From Chiloscyllium plagiosum (lineage: Eukaryota): DNA of 64,000 nt. Both the position numbers and the translations under genes were made by a program. Under the pieces are notes generated by a model, which ran no database searches, was not told the DNA's origin, and was given only the letters and a program-made list of their open reading frames with translations. Every line of letters begins with the position of its first letter. Position 1 is the first letter of the stretch. The stretch lies in NCBI RefSeq assembly GCF_004010195.1, contig NC_057718.1:81668028-81732027 (forward strand), read 5' to 3'. Shown here piece by piece: positions 1 through 12,060 of the stretch.

Positions 1-150
1 CCACCCCCACCCTCCTCTAGCTTATCTCTCCCCGCTTCAGGCTCTCTGCCTTTATTCCTGATGAAGGGCTTTTGCCCGAAACGTCGATTTTGCCTGTCCT
101 CGGATGCTGCCTGAATTGCTGTGCTCTTCCAGCACCACTGATCCAGAATC
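1..150 (+). mobile_element. 3' terminal (pLTR) fragment of Penelope-like element, family A
   Basis: Same terminus (ctgatgaagggc..gcccgaaacgtcgatt..ggatgctgcctga..ttccagca) is attached to the PLE RT element at 45542-47123. Confidence 0.85.
56..87 (+). ncRNA. Minimal hammerhead ribozyme motif (PLE family A)
   Basis: CUGAUGA-A-GGGC-UUUU-GCCC-GAAA-CGUC; intact core, 4-bp stem II, palindromic ACGU helix III, only 2-bp stem I. Confidence 0.7.
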
Positions 151-1460
151 TAATTAGGGATAGTCAACATGGCTTTGTGTGTGGGGAAATCATGTCTCAC
201 AAACTTGATTGAGTTTTTTGAGCAAGTAACAAAGAGGATTGATGAGGGCAGAGTGGTAGATGTGATCAATATGGATTTCAGTAAGGCGTTCGACAAGGTT
301 CCCCATAGGAGATTGATTAGCAAGGTTAGATCTCACGGAATACAGGGAGAACTAGCCAGTTGGATACAGAACTGGCTGAAAGGTAGAAGACAGAGGTTGG
401 TGGTGGAGGGTAGTTTTTCTGACTGGAGGCCTGTGACTAGTGGAGTGCCACAAGGATCGGTGCTGGGTCCTCTAATTTTTGTCATTTACACAAATGATTT
501 GGATGTGAGCATAAGAGGTACAGTTAGCAAGTTTGCAGATGGCACCAAAATTGGAAGTGTAGTGGATAGTGAAGAGGGTTACCTCAGATTACAACAGGAT
601 CTTGACCAGATGGGCCAATGGACTGAGAAGTGGCAAATGGTGTTTAATTCAGATAAATGCGAGGTGCTGCATTTTGGGAAAGCAAATCTTAAAAGGACAT
701 ATACACTTAATGATAAGGTCCTAGGGAGTGTTGCTGAACAAAGAGACCTTGGAGTGCAGGTTCATAGCTCCTTGAAAGTGGAGTCGCAGGTAGATAAGAT
801 AGTGAAGAAGGCGTTTGGTATGCTTTCCTTTATTGGTCAGAGTATTGAGTATAGGAGTTGGGAGGTCATGTTGCAGCTGTACAGGACATTGGTTAGGACA
901 CTGTTGAAATATTGCATGCAATTCTGGTCCCCTTCCTATCTGAAAGATATTGTGAAACTTGAAAGGGTTCAGAAAAGATTTACAAGGATGTTGCCAGGGT
1001 TGGAGGATTTGAGCTATAGGGAGAGGCTGAACAGGCTGGGGCTGCTTTCCCTGGAGCGTTGGAGGCTGAGGGGTGACCTTATAGAGGTTTACAAAATTAT
1101 GAGGGGCATGGATAGGATAAATAGACAAAGTCTTTTCCCTGGGGTCGGGGAGTCCAGAACTAGAGGGCATAGGTTTAGGGTGAGAGGAGAAAGATATAAA
1201 AGAGACGTAAAGGGCAACTTTTTCACGGAAAGGGTGGTGTGAGTATGGAATGAGCTGCCAGATGAAGTGGTGGAGGCTGGTACAATTACAACATTTAAAA
1301 GGCATCAGGATGGGTATATGCATAGGAGGGGTTTAGAGGGATATGGGCCGTGTGCTGGCAGGTGGGACTAGATTGGGTTGGGATATCTGGTTGGCATGGA
1401 TGGGTTGGACCGAAGGGTCTGTTTCCATGCTGTACATCTCTATGACTCTATGGCTCTATA
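151..1460 (+). mobile_element. CR1-clade LINE (HER1-like), 5'-truncated; ORF2 RT C-terminal half and 3' UTR
   Basis: ORF 169-1242 has DFSKAFDKVPH, GVPQGSVLGP, KLERVQKRFTRM, RLRGDLIEVYKIM; catalytic FADD mutated to FADG; ends in (ctctatga)n tail. Confidence 0.95.
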
Positions 1461-1804
1461 AGTTTGTTGGAGGGATGGTTGTGTGAACCTGCGTGAGATT
1501 TTGTGCCGTATCTTATCAAACTCATCTCATTAATTACCTACTCTGTCTCTGTGGCATCCCCTACACCCAGGTCTGGCCCCACATTACTGGAACAACTCAC
1601 TGCTGCTGGGATGTCCTCGGGTTGACCAGCATTCCTCACAAAACCATTATCTTTAAAACCCTGTTTGGTACCCAGACAAAGACTGTCAGTCTGGTGCTGC
1701 CCCACATTGTTCCTGACATGTGCCCCGGACATTACAGACAGGGGGACATGAGCCTCCTACTGTGCTGTCAGATATCTGTAGGTCAAGCTGAATGGGGAGG
1801 GGCT

Positions 1805-2065
1805 TATAAGTTCATAAGTTCATAAGTTATAGGAGCAGAATTAAGCTATTCAGCCCATCAAGTCTGCTCTGCCATTTGATCATGGCTGATAGGCTCTTCA
1901 ACCCCATTTTCCTGCTTTCTCTCCATCCCACCACCAATTAAAACCCTCTGTCCAACTCCTCCTTGAATTTACTCACTATCCCAGAAGCCACTGCACTTTG
2001 AGGTAGTAAATTCCACAGATTCACAATCTTTTGGGAGAAGTAGTTTCTCCTCAACTCTGTTTTAC
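1805..2065 (-). mobile_element. Older CR1-type 3' end fragment
   Basis: (ataagttc)n tail then ggagcagaattaagctattcagcccatcaagtctgctctgccatt; related copy at 6385-6530. Confidence 0.65.
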
Positions 2066-2531
2066 ACTGGTTGGACTCGCTCATCCCCAGGATCAGCGTG
2101 GGTGCCAAAATACCAGACCATGCCAGCCTGATGTGATCTTACTACCCAAGTCAGTGAAGTTTCAGCAGTTTAGAGCAATGCACAGCAATGTAAGAAGATG
2201 AAAATCCTTCTCCACTCTGCCACTGCCAGTAAAGTGCCACTGCCTTTTTTCCGATATCTCACACTCTATCTCTGCCACTGTACACACCTCCCACCAAGGC
2301 TAATGCTGTATCACTATCACTGTTGTAGTGATGGTAGTGAGGTCAGCCCTCATTGGGGCTGTTAACCTGGTCCAATCTGAGAGCCCTAACTGACATATAA
2401 AAAGATGAGTATTGGAGATTCTGACACTCAGGATGCTGATTCTTATGACACAATGCCAGAATAAAGGACTCTCCATACATAAATAAAAGGTGATATGGTG
2501 ATGAGATAGGTGTCTTTGTGGCGTATTTCAG

Positions 2532-2541
2532 TGGTGACGAG
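2532..2541 (+). promoter_or_regulatory. Primer binding site, tRNA-Ser(GCU)-type
   Basis: TGGTGACGAG 1 nt after LTR CA; one CpG-type change from TGGCGACGAG. Confidence 0.65.
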
Positions 2542-3840
2542 ATTAAAGCATGTTCCTGAAGAAACTTGCTCAGAACAGTCGTCTTTGAGTTGGGATAAGC
2601 ATTTCTTGCACCATGCCATTATTTGGGAAGCTTGACTTGTTCAATCTGGCCATCAAAGACTCGGCCTAGTATGTGGAAAGAATGTTTTTTTTCTAGGCAA
2701 ACAATATTGGGGCAGATGGAAAGCAACAAGTAATTCTTCTGACAACCTGTGAACCTGCAGCTTTTTCTGTGAGAAGGAGCCTAACTTTCCTTGAGACATC
2801 AGATATTAAAACCTTTCAAGAGTTGATAGATTCAGTGAAGGGACATTATGGCCCTTAAGTGTCCTTTAATTCTGAGATGCTATCATTTTTACACTGCAAT
2901 TTGAGAACCAGCGAATCTGTGTTGGGATTTTTGACTAGGTTAAGACTACTGGCAGAGGCATGTGACTTTGATTTATCCCTTCGGTGCTTAGAGTCTGCTT
3001 GGTATGTGGGATTAGTGATGTAACCACACAAATGTGCCTACTAGCTGAAGCCCAACTGGACTTCAAACAGGCAGTACAACTGACTTTATCATTGAAGAAT
3101 GCTGTAAGTGGAGTATATGAGTTGCAGGGTACTCCAATGTAAATGGATACCTTCGCCAGACCAACTGAGCTTGGGGAACACCACTTGAATGCAGGCATAT
3201 GCTCAGGGCATATCCTGAAGGGAGACACTCCTGGCCAGCACACAGCAAAACTCCAAAACAAAGCCAAGCCTCGGCCAAGCAGTTAAAATTTTCTTCAGGA
3301 TCCAGTATGTGAACTCAAGACAGCAAAAGAGTCCTACTAGACCTAAATTGAGTAAGATAACTCATAGGCCAGTATCCAGGAGAGGGCACACCCTGTAAAG
3401 TCTACCTACATCTGTGTTGGAACTGTTGAATTACTTAGTAACATCCAAATCAGAGCCAATCAAAATAAACGCCTGGTCATCTGGTTCTAATGGAGGTTGA
3501 TATCGGTGCAGCTGTATCAGTGATAACAGAGCCAATTTTTAACAAAATTAGTTATGGACACCACCCCTTAAGCTTGTGTAAGCTCAGCTACGCTGACAAC
3601 CTATACTGAGAAATGTTTACAAATTAAAGGTACAACTTCAGTTCCTGTCTCTTATGAAAAGTGACTGGATCAGTTACCAGTGATCATAGTAAATAGCTCG
3701 GGACCAAGCTTAATGGAGCAAAATCGATTGAGAGAGATTCACCTAGATTTACTCGGCATTTTTCAATTTTGAAAATGGCTGCCTGTTTGATGTCCTAATC
3801 AAGTGAAGTCTTCCAGCGAGGTATAGGGACTATTAGAGGA

Positions 3841-4001
3841 GAAAGTGAGGTCTGCAGATGCTGGAGATCAGAGCTGAAAATGTGTTGCTGGAAAAGCGCA
3901 GCAGGTCAGGCAGCATCCAGGGAACAGGAGAATCGACGTTTCGGGCATAAGCCCTTCCTGAAGAAGGGCTTATGCCCGAAACGTCGATTCTCCTGTTCCC
4001 T
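3841..4001. mobile_element. Miniature PLE family A insertion forming a hairpin, 14-bp TSD
   Basis: TSD ggactattagagga at 3827-3840 and 4002-4015; perfect 42-bp inverted repeat 3916-3957/3963-4004; hammerhead core 3958-3985. Confidence 0.9.
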
Positions 4002-4611
4002 GGACTATTAGAGGAACCTTGCGTGTTGACCAGGAAGCAATTCCATGATAATACAAGTGTCATTTGCCCTACAGCCAAAGTAGAGGAAGAAATCTGAAGG
4101 CTAGAAAGTGAAGGAATTACCAAACTAGTCCAAATTGCAGACTGGGCAGCATCGTTCATATTGATGAACTGGGTTGCCTTTCTGGGGATTTTAAACAAAT
4201 GGCAAACTTCTTTTCACAGCTGGATAAGTATCTAATCCCTCAGATAGAGGATTTATATGCAAAATTAGCAGGGAAAGCTGGACATGAGCTTTCTTACTTG
4301 TAACTGCATTTAGACAATTTTCCCAGAAGTATGCTACAAATAGTACACAAAGAGTTTGTATCAATATACAAGACTGCCAGCTGGGGTATTGTTCAATTTT
4401 GTAGTGGAAGATGGAGAACATTTTGCAAGGTATACCTCAGGTTGCATTTGTCTAAATGGCATTCTAATAACAGGGAAATCTGTTGAGGAACACTTAGAGA
4501 ACTTGAATATATTTCTTAGATGGTTTTCCAAGGTGGCTGAATAAGCATGAGGACCAGGTGAAAGATATAAACGCACAAATGAGGCCAGAGTAAAATATGC
4601 CCTGCTCCTTG

Positions 4612-4815
4612 TCACTGAAATGGAAATAAAAGGTGCTGGATATACTCAGCCATTTTGCAGCGTCAGTGGAGAGAGAAAGTGGTTAAGGTTTAGAATCCAA
4701 AATGACACTTCTCTGTTTTGTAGAAAGAACACCCTGGAATCAAACCATTAGCTCTGTTCTTCTCTCTCCATAGATGCTGCCTCACCTGCTGAATATCTCT
4801 AGCACTTTCTGGTTG
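4612..4815. mobile_element. Old PLE terminal remnant, two inverted halves
   Basis: gctggatatactcagc..cagcgtcagtggagagagaa opposite tctctccatagatgctgcc..gctgaatatctctagc. Confidence 0.6.
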
Positions 4816-5044
4816 CCTGCTGCATCTAAATGAATTGTGGTGAGGATCCATCATACAACATTTTCCATTCACTGTTCCTGACCTGAGGCATTTGATCAAA
4901 AGCAAAAGTATTTAACTGTTTCTGCTTGTGGGTCACTCCAGAACAAGTGAGTGATCAAAATCAGACAGTCAAATAATTCAGGGGTCTTCTTTTGCGTATC
5001 GTTGTTGCAGGTGGTTTTTAAAGATAAGCTTGACGAACATATGG

Positions 5045-5230
5045 CAGCGGAGAGAATATAGATTTACAGAGCAAGGTGAGAAGGTAGAATTAGAATAGGA
5101 GGGAGTAATTAGAGTAAGAGGGGGTAGTGAGAGTGAGAGGGGATAGGAGACTAGAAGGAGAAAGTGAAAGTAGGAGGAGGAAGTGAGAGTGGAAGGAGCT
5201 AGTGAAAGCAGGAGGATGGTCTTCTGGAAG
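5045..5230 (+). repeat. Purine-rich low-complexity tract within a decayed CR1 3' end
   Basis: Strong A/G bias with scattered T over ~180 bp. Confidence 0.6.
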
Positions 5231-6384
5231 AATTGACCTATTGGACTGATTAACCGGCTCCAGTATTGAAGATCCTCTGAATTTGGAAACTATGCAAGGG
5301 CAAATGCAATCAAAATAGATTTGTGAGCAATTAATGCATTGAATGATATTGCTGTAATTACATTCCTCTTTAAGAGGGAAGAGAGAGAGAGAAATGGTCT
5401 TTTGAGAATTCATCAATAGGATCCCTTTGTAATAAAAATTATGAATCTGAGTGAGGATGAGCACATTTGCAATAGCAATAAAATTGGAACTAATTCTGTG
5501 ATCCCTCACAGTCTGGCCGGTCACCCTCCTGTGCAAACTGAATTAAAAATCTGCTGACAATTAGCTCTTGATTGGTGATGCGAGTAAATCTGACGTTGTA
5601 TCAAGAGCAAAGTAACTGCGCTTTTCCCAACTCCTGCCCAATTAATGGCTAGGCCTAATTGTACTGTCGCTTTTTAGCAATACACAAACCATGGGTCAGC
5701 AAGATTTACAATTCAAACCAAACGATAATGTGATTCTGTCGAGTGCTTCGCTGCAGTGATTAATAACACTGTACTCCAGTCAAGGGGGTAGTGCAGTGAA
5801 TCAGCTTCTCTTTGACTAATGGCTTGTCCACTGAGCTGGCTGTCCTCTCACCTACATGCCCCTAAACAATGGTCAAATGTTTCCCATTTTAATAAACACA
5901 AGTTACCTGCTGTTCTCATGTCATGTTCTGCCTGACAGAGCAAGCTAACTGTCTACCAAGGCCAAATGCCTCACAATTAGGAATATGGCAGCTGCTATCC
6001 CTGGACCTCCAGTTTACATTTAAATGCTTTTCCTGCATTAATATTTCACAGACTCAGCAGCCTGCTTGCTACTGGAATGTCTTCAATCGATAAGGATTCT
6101 GTTTCTCCGAAAAGAAAAATATTGTAAAAGTGCAGTCTTGACGGGGTTGGTTAAAGAGAAAGACCTTGTATTCATATAATGTGTTACATGACCTCAGGAT
6201 ATGCCAGTATACTTTACAAGTAATTAAGTATTTTTTGTAACTACTGCTACTGTTGTAACATAGGGAAAGGAAACATCCAATTTGAACATAACAAACTCAA
6301 AAGCAGCAACGATACAATGGGCTGGATCCTCCTGTCAGCACTGAAAATCTGGCTAACACTGATGACTGCAGACTGGCTAAGACC

Positions 6385-6530
6385 AGAAGACATAACAGTA
6401 GAAGTAGGCCACTCAGCCCATCAAGTCTGCTCTGCCATTCAATGAGATCAGGGCTGATCTAATAATCCTAAACTTCATTTTCCTGCTATTTAATCCTTAA
6501 ATCCTCTGCTGATCTGTCTATCACAGTGCA
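6385..6530 (-). mobile_element. Older CR1-type 3' tail fragment
   Basis: Similar to 1805-2065 and to the reverse complement of 37530-37590. Confidence 0.6.
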
Positions 6531-6844
6531 GTAATCTATTCAAGAACATATTCAGAATTGAAATGCAAAAAGGAATGGAGCACTTTTAATTCTTCTGAAT
6601 TAGAGAAGCTAAAATTTCGCCTCTCTGATGTAGACAAAAAAAAATTGAAGTTTAGGAGGAAAATGCTCATCAACTAACTTAGAATGAATCCAAACTTGAG
6701 AATACTACCTTTGAGATATTGAAGGCTTAGGGAGATATTTCTGCTCAATTCCTAAAGATAAATAAAGAGCTGAAAAAGAAAGAGGAAGCAGGATTAAGAA
6801 TAAGTGATGTACCAAAAATGCAGTGACAAGGTTATGAGTTTATA

Positions 6845-7110
6845 GGTGGCTCAATGGTTAGCATTGCTGCTGCATAGTGCTAGGAACCCAGGTTCGATTC
6901 CACCCTTGGATGACTGTCTGTGTGGAGTTTGCACATTTCCCTGTGTCTACGTGGGCTTCCTTCCACAGTCTAAAAATGTGTAGTTTAGATGGACTAGCTA
7001 ACATTCCTGGCTAGTACAGGAATGGGGTTGGTCTGGGTGGGATGCTCTTCAAAGGGTCAGTGTGGACCTGATGGGCTGAACGTCCTGTTTCCATACTGTA
7101 GGGATTCTGT
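6845..7110 (+). mobile_element. HE1-type tRNA-derived V-SINE (diverged)
   Basis: A box tggctcaatgg, B box ggttcgattcc, V-domain ctgtgtggagtttgcac, CR1-like tail cctgtttccatactgta. Confidence 0.9.
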
Positions 7111-7271
7111 TAACTTGCACATAAAATCAATCATGCTCAGCATAAGTAGTTACAGACCTGTAAAGGCAGTTAGAGATGCACAGTGCACACAACAGACACT
7201 GCAAATCACTCGTAACAATTTTTAAAAAGTAAATGAAAACAATGGCACTTGTGAAAAAAGCTTGTCTATAG

Positions 7272-7418
7272 GATGTTGAAAATTGCAGTGCAGGAAAAGC
7301 ACAGTAGATCAGGCAGCATCTGAGGAGCAGGAGAATTGACATTTCAGGCATAAGCCCTTCATCAGGAATGCACACTTTTTGACTCTGATCTCCAGCATCT
7401 GCAGTCCTCACTTTCACT
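7272..7418. mobile_element. Miniature PLE family A remnant (inverted pLTR part plus 3' tail)
   Basis: Minus-strand hammerhead ~7338-7365 joined to plus-strand tail gatctccagcatctgcagtcctcactttc. Confidence 0.8.
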
Positions 7419-7784
7419 TGGTCTAAATGGTGACCAAGTAACCATTGTCCATTGACACAAAAATCTCATCTGGATTACTAATGTCTGTCATGAAATGAGC
7501 TCTAACTTTATTACCCTGGTCTGATTCATAAATGCCTGCTTAAATGGCATAATAAGTCACAAAGTTGTTTTAAAGTGCTATGAAGCCTGAAAACAAATAG
7601 CGAAACTGAAGAGATGAACCAACATTGACATATGCACTAGAAATGACAATGGAAATCTTACCCCTGCTGACCTTGCAAAGTCCCTCTCAGCAACATTTGA
7701 AGTTTTGTGTTAAATGTGGGAAAACTGATCCACAGAATAGTCAAGCCTAGCATTGTAATACTCACTGAACTATACCTTACATAT

Positions 7785-8520
7785 TAGAGGGAAAACTGTT
7801 GTTTGCAGTCATATCTGACATGTAGGGAGATGGTTGTGGTTGTTGAAGGTCAGTCATCTCAGCTCCACCACATTTCGGCAGGAGTTCCTCAGGCTAGTGT
7901 CCTAGGGCCAATCATCTTCAGCTGCTTCATCAATGACTTTCCCCCCATCATAAGGTCAGAAGTGGATATTCGCCGATCGTTGCACAATGTTCAGCACCAG
8001 TTGTAACACTTCAGATACTGAAGCAGTCCATATCCAAATGCAACCAGACCTGTGCAATATCTAGGATTGGGCTGGCAAGTAGCAAGTGGCATTTACGCCA
8101 AAGTATCAGGCAATGACAAGTTAAATCTAACCATCACCTCTTGATGCCCAGTACCATTAGACTTTCCACTGTCATCATGCCACGAGTTACAATTGACCAG
8201 AAACTGAATTGTGGCTAGCAGGGCAAGTCAGAAGCTAGGAATCCTGTACCTAGTAACTCACCTCCTGTCTCCCCAAAGTCTGTCCACCATCCATTAGGCA
8301 CACGTCAGGAGTGTTATGAAATACAGTACTTTCCATTTACCTGGATGGGTGCAGCTCCAAGAACTTTCAAGAAGCTTGACACCATCCAGGACAACCACCT
8401 TCAACATTCACTCCTTTCAGCAGTGATGCACAATGCAGCAACTCGCCAAGGCCTCTTCAACAGCACCTTCCAAACCAACAACCTCTACCACATAGACAAA
8501 TAAGGACAGCAGATACCTGG
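7785..8520 (+). mobile_element. CR1/L2-group LINE, second family, decayed RT and 3' region
   Basis: AGVPQASVLGPIIFSCFIND; homologous to 11190-11745 and 57945-59170. Confidence 0.8.
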
Positions 8521-8521
8521 G

Positions 8522-8645
8522 AGCTGAAGAAGTGTCATACCAGACTGTGAACATTAACTCTGTTTCTCTGTCCATAGATGCTGCCAGACCTGCTGAGTTT
8601 CTTCAGCATTCCCTGTGTTTGTTTCAGAATTCCAGCACCCGCAGT
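8522..8645 (+). mobile_element. Old PLE terminus (family D) with decayed hammerhead
   Basis: ctgaagaagtgtc..gac..gaacattaactc..atagatgctgccagacctgctgag. Confidence 0.65.
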
Positions 8646-9599
8646 GTCTTACTTTGAAATTAAACCCTTATTATACTTCAGTTTGTTTCAGACTCTAGAC
8701 CAGAATGCATAGACATAAAAGAAAGGTGCACTGGCAGCTTACAGTGAAATAATTCTCCTCGACTCTGGTGAGAATGTGGAATGAAATGAATGTGAAAGGT
8801 GATTGGTAAATCAAATAATTGCATGAGACAGTTGGTGAATGGTCAGGTCTTGAATTCTGTAACTAGCCAAAGAGACAGCCAAGTAATTTCCAGCCCTACA
8901 GTTCCCATGCAAATAATCGAAGATGAATATCGCACTAGGGTGAAATCTATCACAGAGATACTCTTTACAGATTCATTACCAGGCTGCTTTGACTGTTTGA
9001 TTAGATTCCCTGCTGCAACACCAAAATGGAGTCAATCTTAAACTTGAGCCATCCATCACAAACTCAGGAAAACGCCAGTCAGAAACTGAAAGCAAGTTTC
9101 ACTCAACAGCATCATCATCAAACCACGCCATATAAGTATAGCACAGAAAATCACAAAACTAATGGGCTGAGAAATTAAAATATTTGGTACAGCTTTATTG
9201 CACTTGTAATACACTCCAAAAGCCCTGCAGCCAACAGTTTAATTTTGTTTGCTAGCATTTAGGAAACACCATGGTGACAATTTAATTAAATGTTCAAAAT
9301 AAGTTCTTTTTCTAAATGCATTTATTACCTTGAAGCAAAGGCCTTTTGTAATTTCCTTAGATAAAATTGAAGAAGATTACATTCAAAAAGGTTGAATTAG
9401 ACAGAGAGCTGCAGATTATTCATCGAGTGCTTTTCCCATCAGCCTTCCAGTGCACTATTGAGCTAAAGTCAAGCCAATGGTACCTTTAGTTAAAGACTGA
9501 TAAGAATTGAGAGAACCAGATTTAATATTCTATATACATTAAGAGCTGTAAGTCGCCATTGCCAAAATAAGCATTACAGAAAGTCAGAAAGAAGGATGG

Positions 9600-9705
9600 G
9601 TTCTGAAGAAGGGTCACTGGACCCGAAACATTAATTCTGCTTTCTCTCCACAGATGCTGCTGGGCCTGCTGGATTTTTTTCAGCATTTTCTGCGTTTTAA
9701 TTCAG
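9600..9705 (+). mobile_element. Old PLE terminus (family D) with hammerhead motif
   Basis: CUGAAGA-A-GGGUC-ACUG-GACCC-GAAA-CAUU at 9603-9632. Confidence 0.75.
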
Positions 9706-9719
9706 AGAGAAAGGTAGAT

Positions 9720-9990
9720 CTGTTGTCACTTATCATTGAAACAAATGATTGAATAATTTGCTTTGATGTGTTGATTGAGCAATAAATATGGGTGAGTACA
9801 CTGTGGAAAATGCTCCCTGCTCTTCTTCAAACACTGCCAATAAACTCTTTCACAGCTTTCTGCTGGCATTTCATCTGATGACAACATCCTCTGACAGTGC
9901 AGCAAATTCTCAGTACAGTATTGCACTGGGATTCCACATAGATTGTGTGCTGATGGTTCTGGAGTGGGACTTCAACTCAAAACTGATTCA
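9720..9990 (-). mobile_element. Deu-domain SINE relic (SacSINE1-like)
   Basis: Reverse complement resembles 38185-38580 (tRNA-like head gttgaagtcccactccaga, gctgcactgtcagagg, atatttatt core). Confidence 0.55.
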
Positions 9991-10279
9991 GAGGGACCAA
10001 TGACACAATTAAAAAGCAGGAATGTTTCAATCAAATTTTTCTGTTATGCCTAAATTTAGGACCTTATATTTAACTTTGTATTGCATCTCTGTTTTAGAAA
10101 ACTTAAATCTGAACTATGTCAGTGAAAAAAAACAGCCAGGAAACCTGACTGGGCAAGTCTGATCAGTGAGAGTTAAATATTGTGCATACCACATTGTGGC
10201 TCCCCTCGAGCTATAGAGGTGTAAAGGCTTACAGAGAACTCCAGAGCTTAGGACCTGAGAAGATAAAGGTAAGGACAAA

Positions 10280-10745
10280 GTCAGAAGAGATTTACCAGGA
10301 TGTTGCTGGGAATAGAGGTTTTGAGTTATGGGGAGAGGCTGGATAGGCTGGGAATTTTTCCACTGGAGCAAAGGAGGTTGAAGGGTGACCTGATAGAGGT
10401 TTATAAAATCATGGGGCGTAGAGATAAGGTGAATGGCAGGTGTCTTTTCTCTGGAATGGGGGATTTCAAGACTGGAGGCATATTTTTAAAGTAGGCAGAG
10501 AAAGATTTAAAAAAGACATGATGGGCAATTTTTTTTACAGAGAGTGGGTCATGTGTGGAATGAACTTCTAGTGAAAGTGATGGAGTTACAACATTTAAAA
10601 GATGTTTAGATAAGTACATGAATTAAAAAATGTTTGGAGGGATTTGGGCCAAGCACAGGCAGGTAGGACTAGTTTAGTTTGGGATTATGGTCAGTATGGA
10701 CTGATTGGACCAAAGGATCTGTTTCCATGTTGCATGACTCTATGA
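10280..10745 (+). mobile_element. CR1 LINE 3' fragment
   Basis: SYGERLDRLGIFPLEQRRLKGDLIEVYKIM; tail catgactctatga. Confidence 0.9.
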
Positions 10746-11189
10746 TAAAAATGAGAGAAGATCAGAGTTGGAGGAATGCAGTGATCACAGAGGGCTGTAG
10801 GAGAGTACGAAGTAGCAGAGCGAGAGGAATGAGCCTGTGGAGGAACTTGTAAACAAGGATAATAAGTTTAAAATTGAGATATTCTTAGACTAGAAACCCA
10901 TGTGCATATGGGTGATGGGACAATAGGTTTTTTTTTGAGTTAGGATATGGACAATGGAAGTTTTTAGATGAGCTCACATTATTGGGATGGATGGCTACTT
11001 AGAGGACCATAATTCAATACAAAAGCAGATGGGAATTGATGAGTGGAATCTCAATTTTCATGGAGTGGCATGGAAATCAGGGCACATTATATGCAATCAA
11101 GTGCTTTTGAAGTTTAGCCACTGCTGTAACATAGCAATTCCACAAAGGGTAAGGTCAACAATCAGGAAATCCTGCAGTGGGTAACACAC

Positions 11190-11745
11190 CTCAAGCTTGT
11201 CCACAAGCCTATCTATGAGGCGCAAGTCACGAGTGTGATAGAATGCTCCACATTTGCCTGGATGGATGCAGCTCCAACAATACTCAAGATGTTTGACACC
11301 ATCCAGGACAAAGCAAACTGTTTTATTGGCACCACATCCACAATTATTCATTCCTCCCACCACCAATGCTCAGTAGCAGCAGTGTGTGCCATCAACAACA
11401 TGTATTACAGAAATTCACTATGGTTCCTTAGACCATACCTTCCAAAATCACTACCACTACCATCTAGAAGGGCAAAAGCAACAAATACATAGGAACACCA
11501 CTAACTACATGTTCCCCTCCAAGCCACTTACCATCATGTCTTGGAAATATACCTATAATTCATCAATGTCACTGGGCCAAAATCCTGGAAACCCCTCCCT
11601 AAGAGGATTGTGGGTCCACCTACGCAAAATGGACTTGAGCGGCTCAAGAAGGCAGTTCGCCACCACCTTCTTAAGAGCAACTAAGGATGGGCAATAAGTG
11701 CTGGCCAGCCAGTGACACCTAAATCCCATGAATGAACAAAAGAAG
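11190..11745 (+). mobile_element. CR1/L2-group LINE (second family) 3' fragment
   Basis: AWMDAAPT..DTIQDKA; 3' end gcaactaaggatgggcaataa..atcccatgaatgaacaaaa. Confidence 0.8.
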
Positions 11746-11749
11746 ACAT

Positions 11750-12060
11750 TAGGTTAGATTACTTACAGTGTGGGAACAGGCCCTTCGGCCCAACAAGTCC
11801 ACACCGACCCTCCAAAGAGCAACCCACCCAGACCCATTCCCCTATATTTACTCCTTCACTTAACACTACGGGCAATTTAGCAAGGCCAATTCACCTAACC
11901 CGCACATTTTTGGACTGTGGGAGGCAACCAGAGCACCCAGAGGAAACCCACGCAGACACGGGGAGAATGTGCAAACTCCACACAGACAGTTGCCTGAGGC
12001 GGGAATTGAACCTGGGTGTCTGGCGCTGTGAGGCAGCAGTGCTAGTCACTGTGCCGCCCA
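11750..12060 (-). mobile_element. HE1-type V-SINE
   Basis: Near-identical to 41362-41673; A/B boxes on minus strand. Confidence 0.95.

Larger units (their letters stand above)
2324..4556 (+). mobile_element. Decayed Ty3/Gypsy (Mag-like) LTR retrotransposon: 5' LTR, PBS, gag, protease, partial RT
   Basis: LTR TG 2324..TTTCA 2530; PBS 2532-2541; gag MPLFGKLDLF..YVERM at 2613; protease MEVDIGAAVSVI at 3490; RT remnants DKYLIPQIEDLYAKLAG, LYQYTRLP, CLNGILITG; many stops and frameshifts. Confidence 0.85.

Noticed and set aside
169..1242. 357-aa ORF as a functional gene or active RT
   Set aside because: 5'-truncated CR1 ORF2 with catalytic DD mutated to DG and a premature stop
6845..6905. tRNA gene
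   Set aside because: A/B boxes belong to a SINE head followed by V-domain and LINE tail
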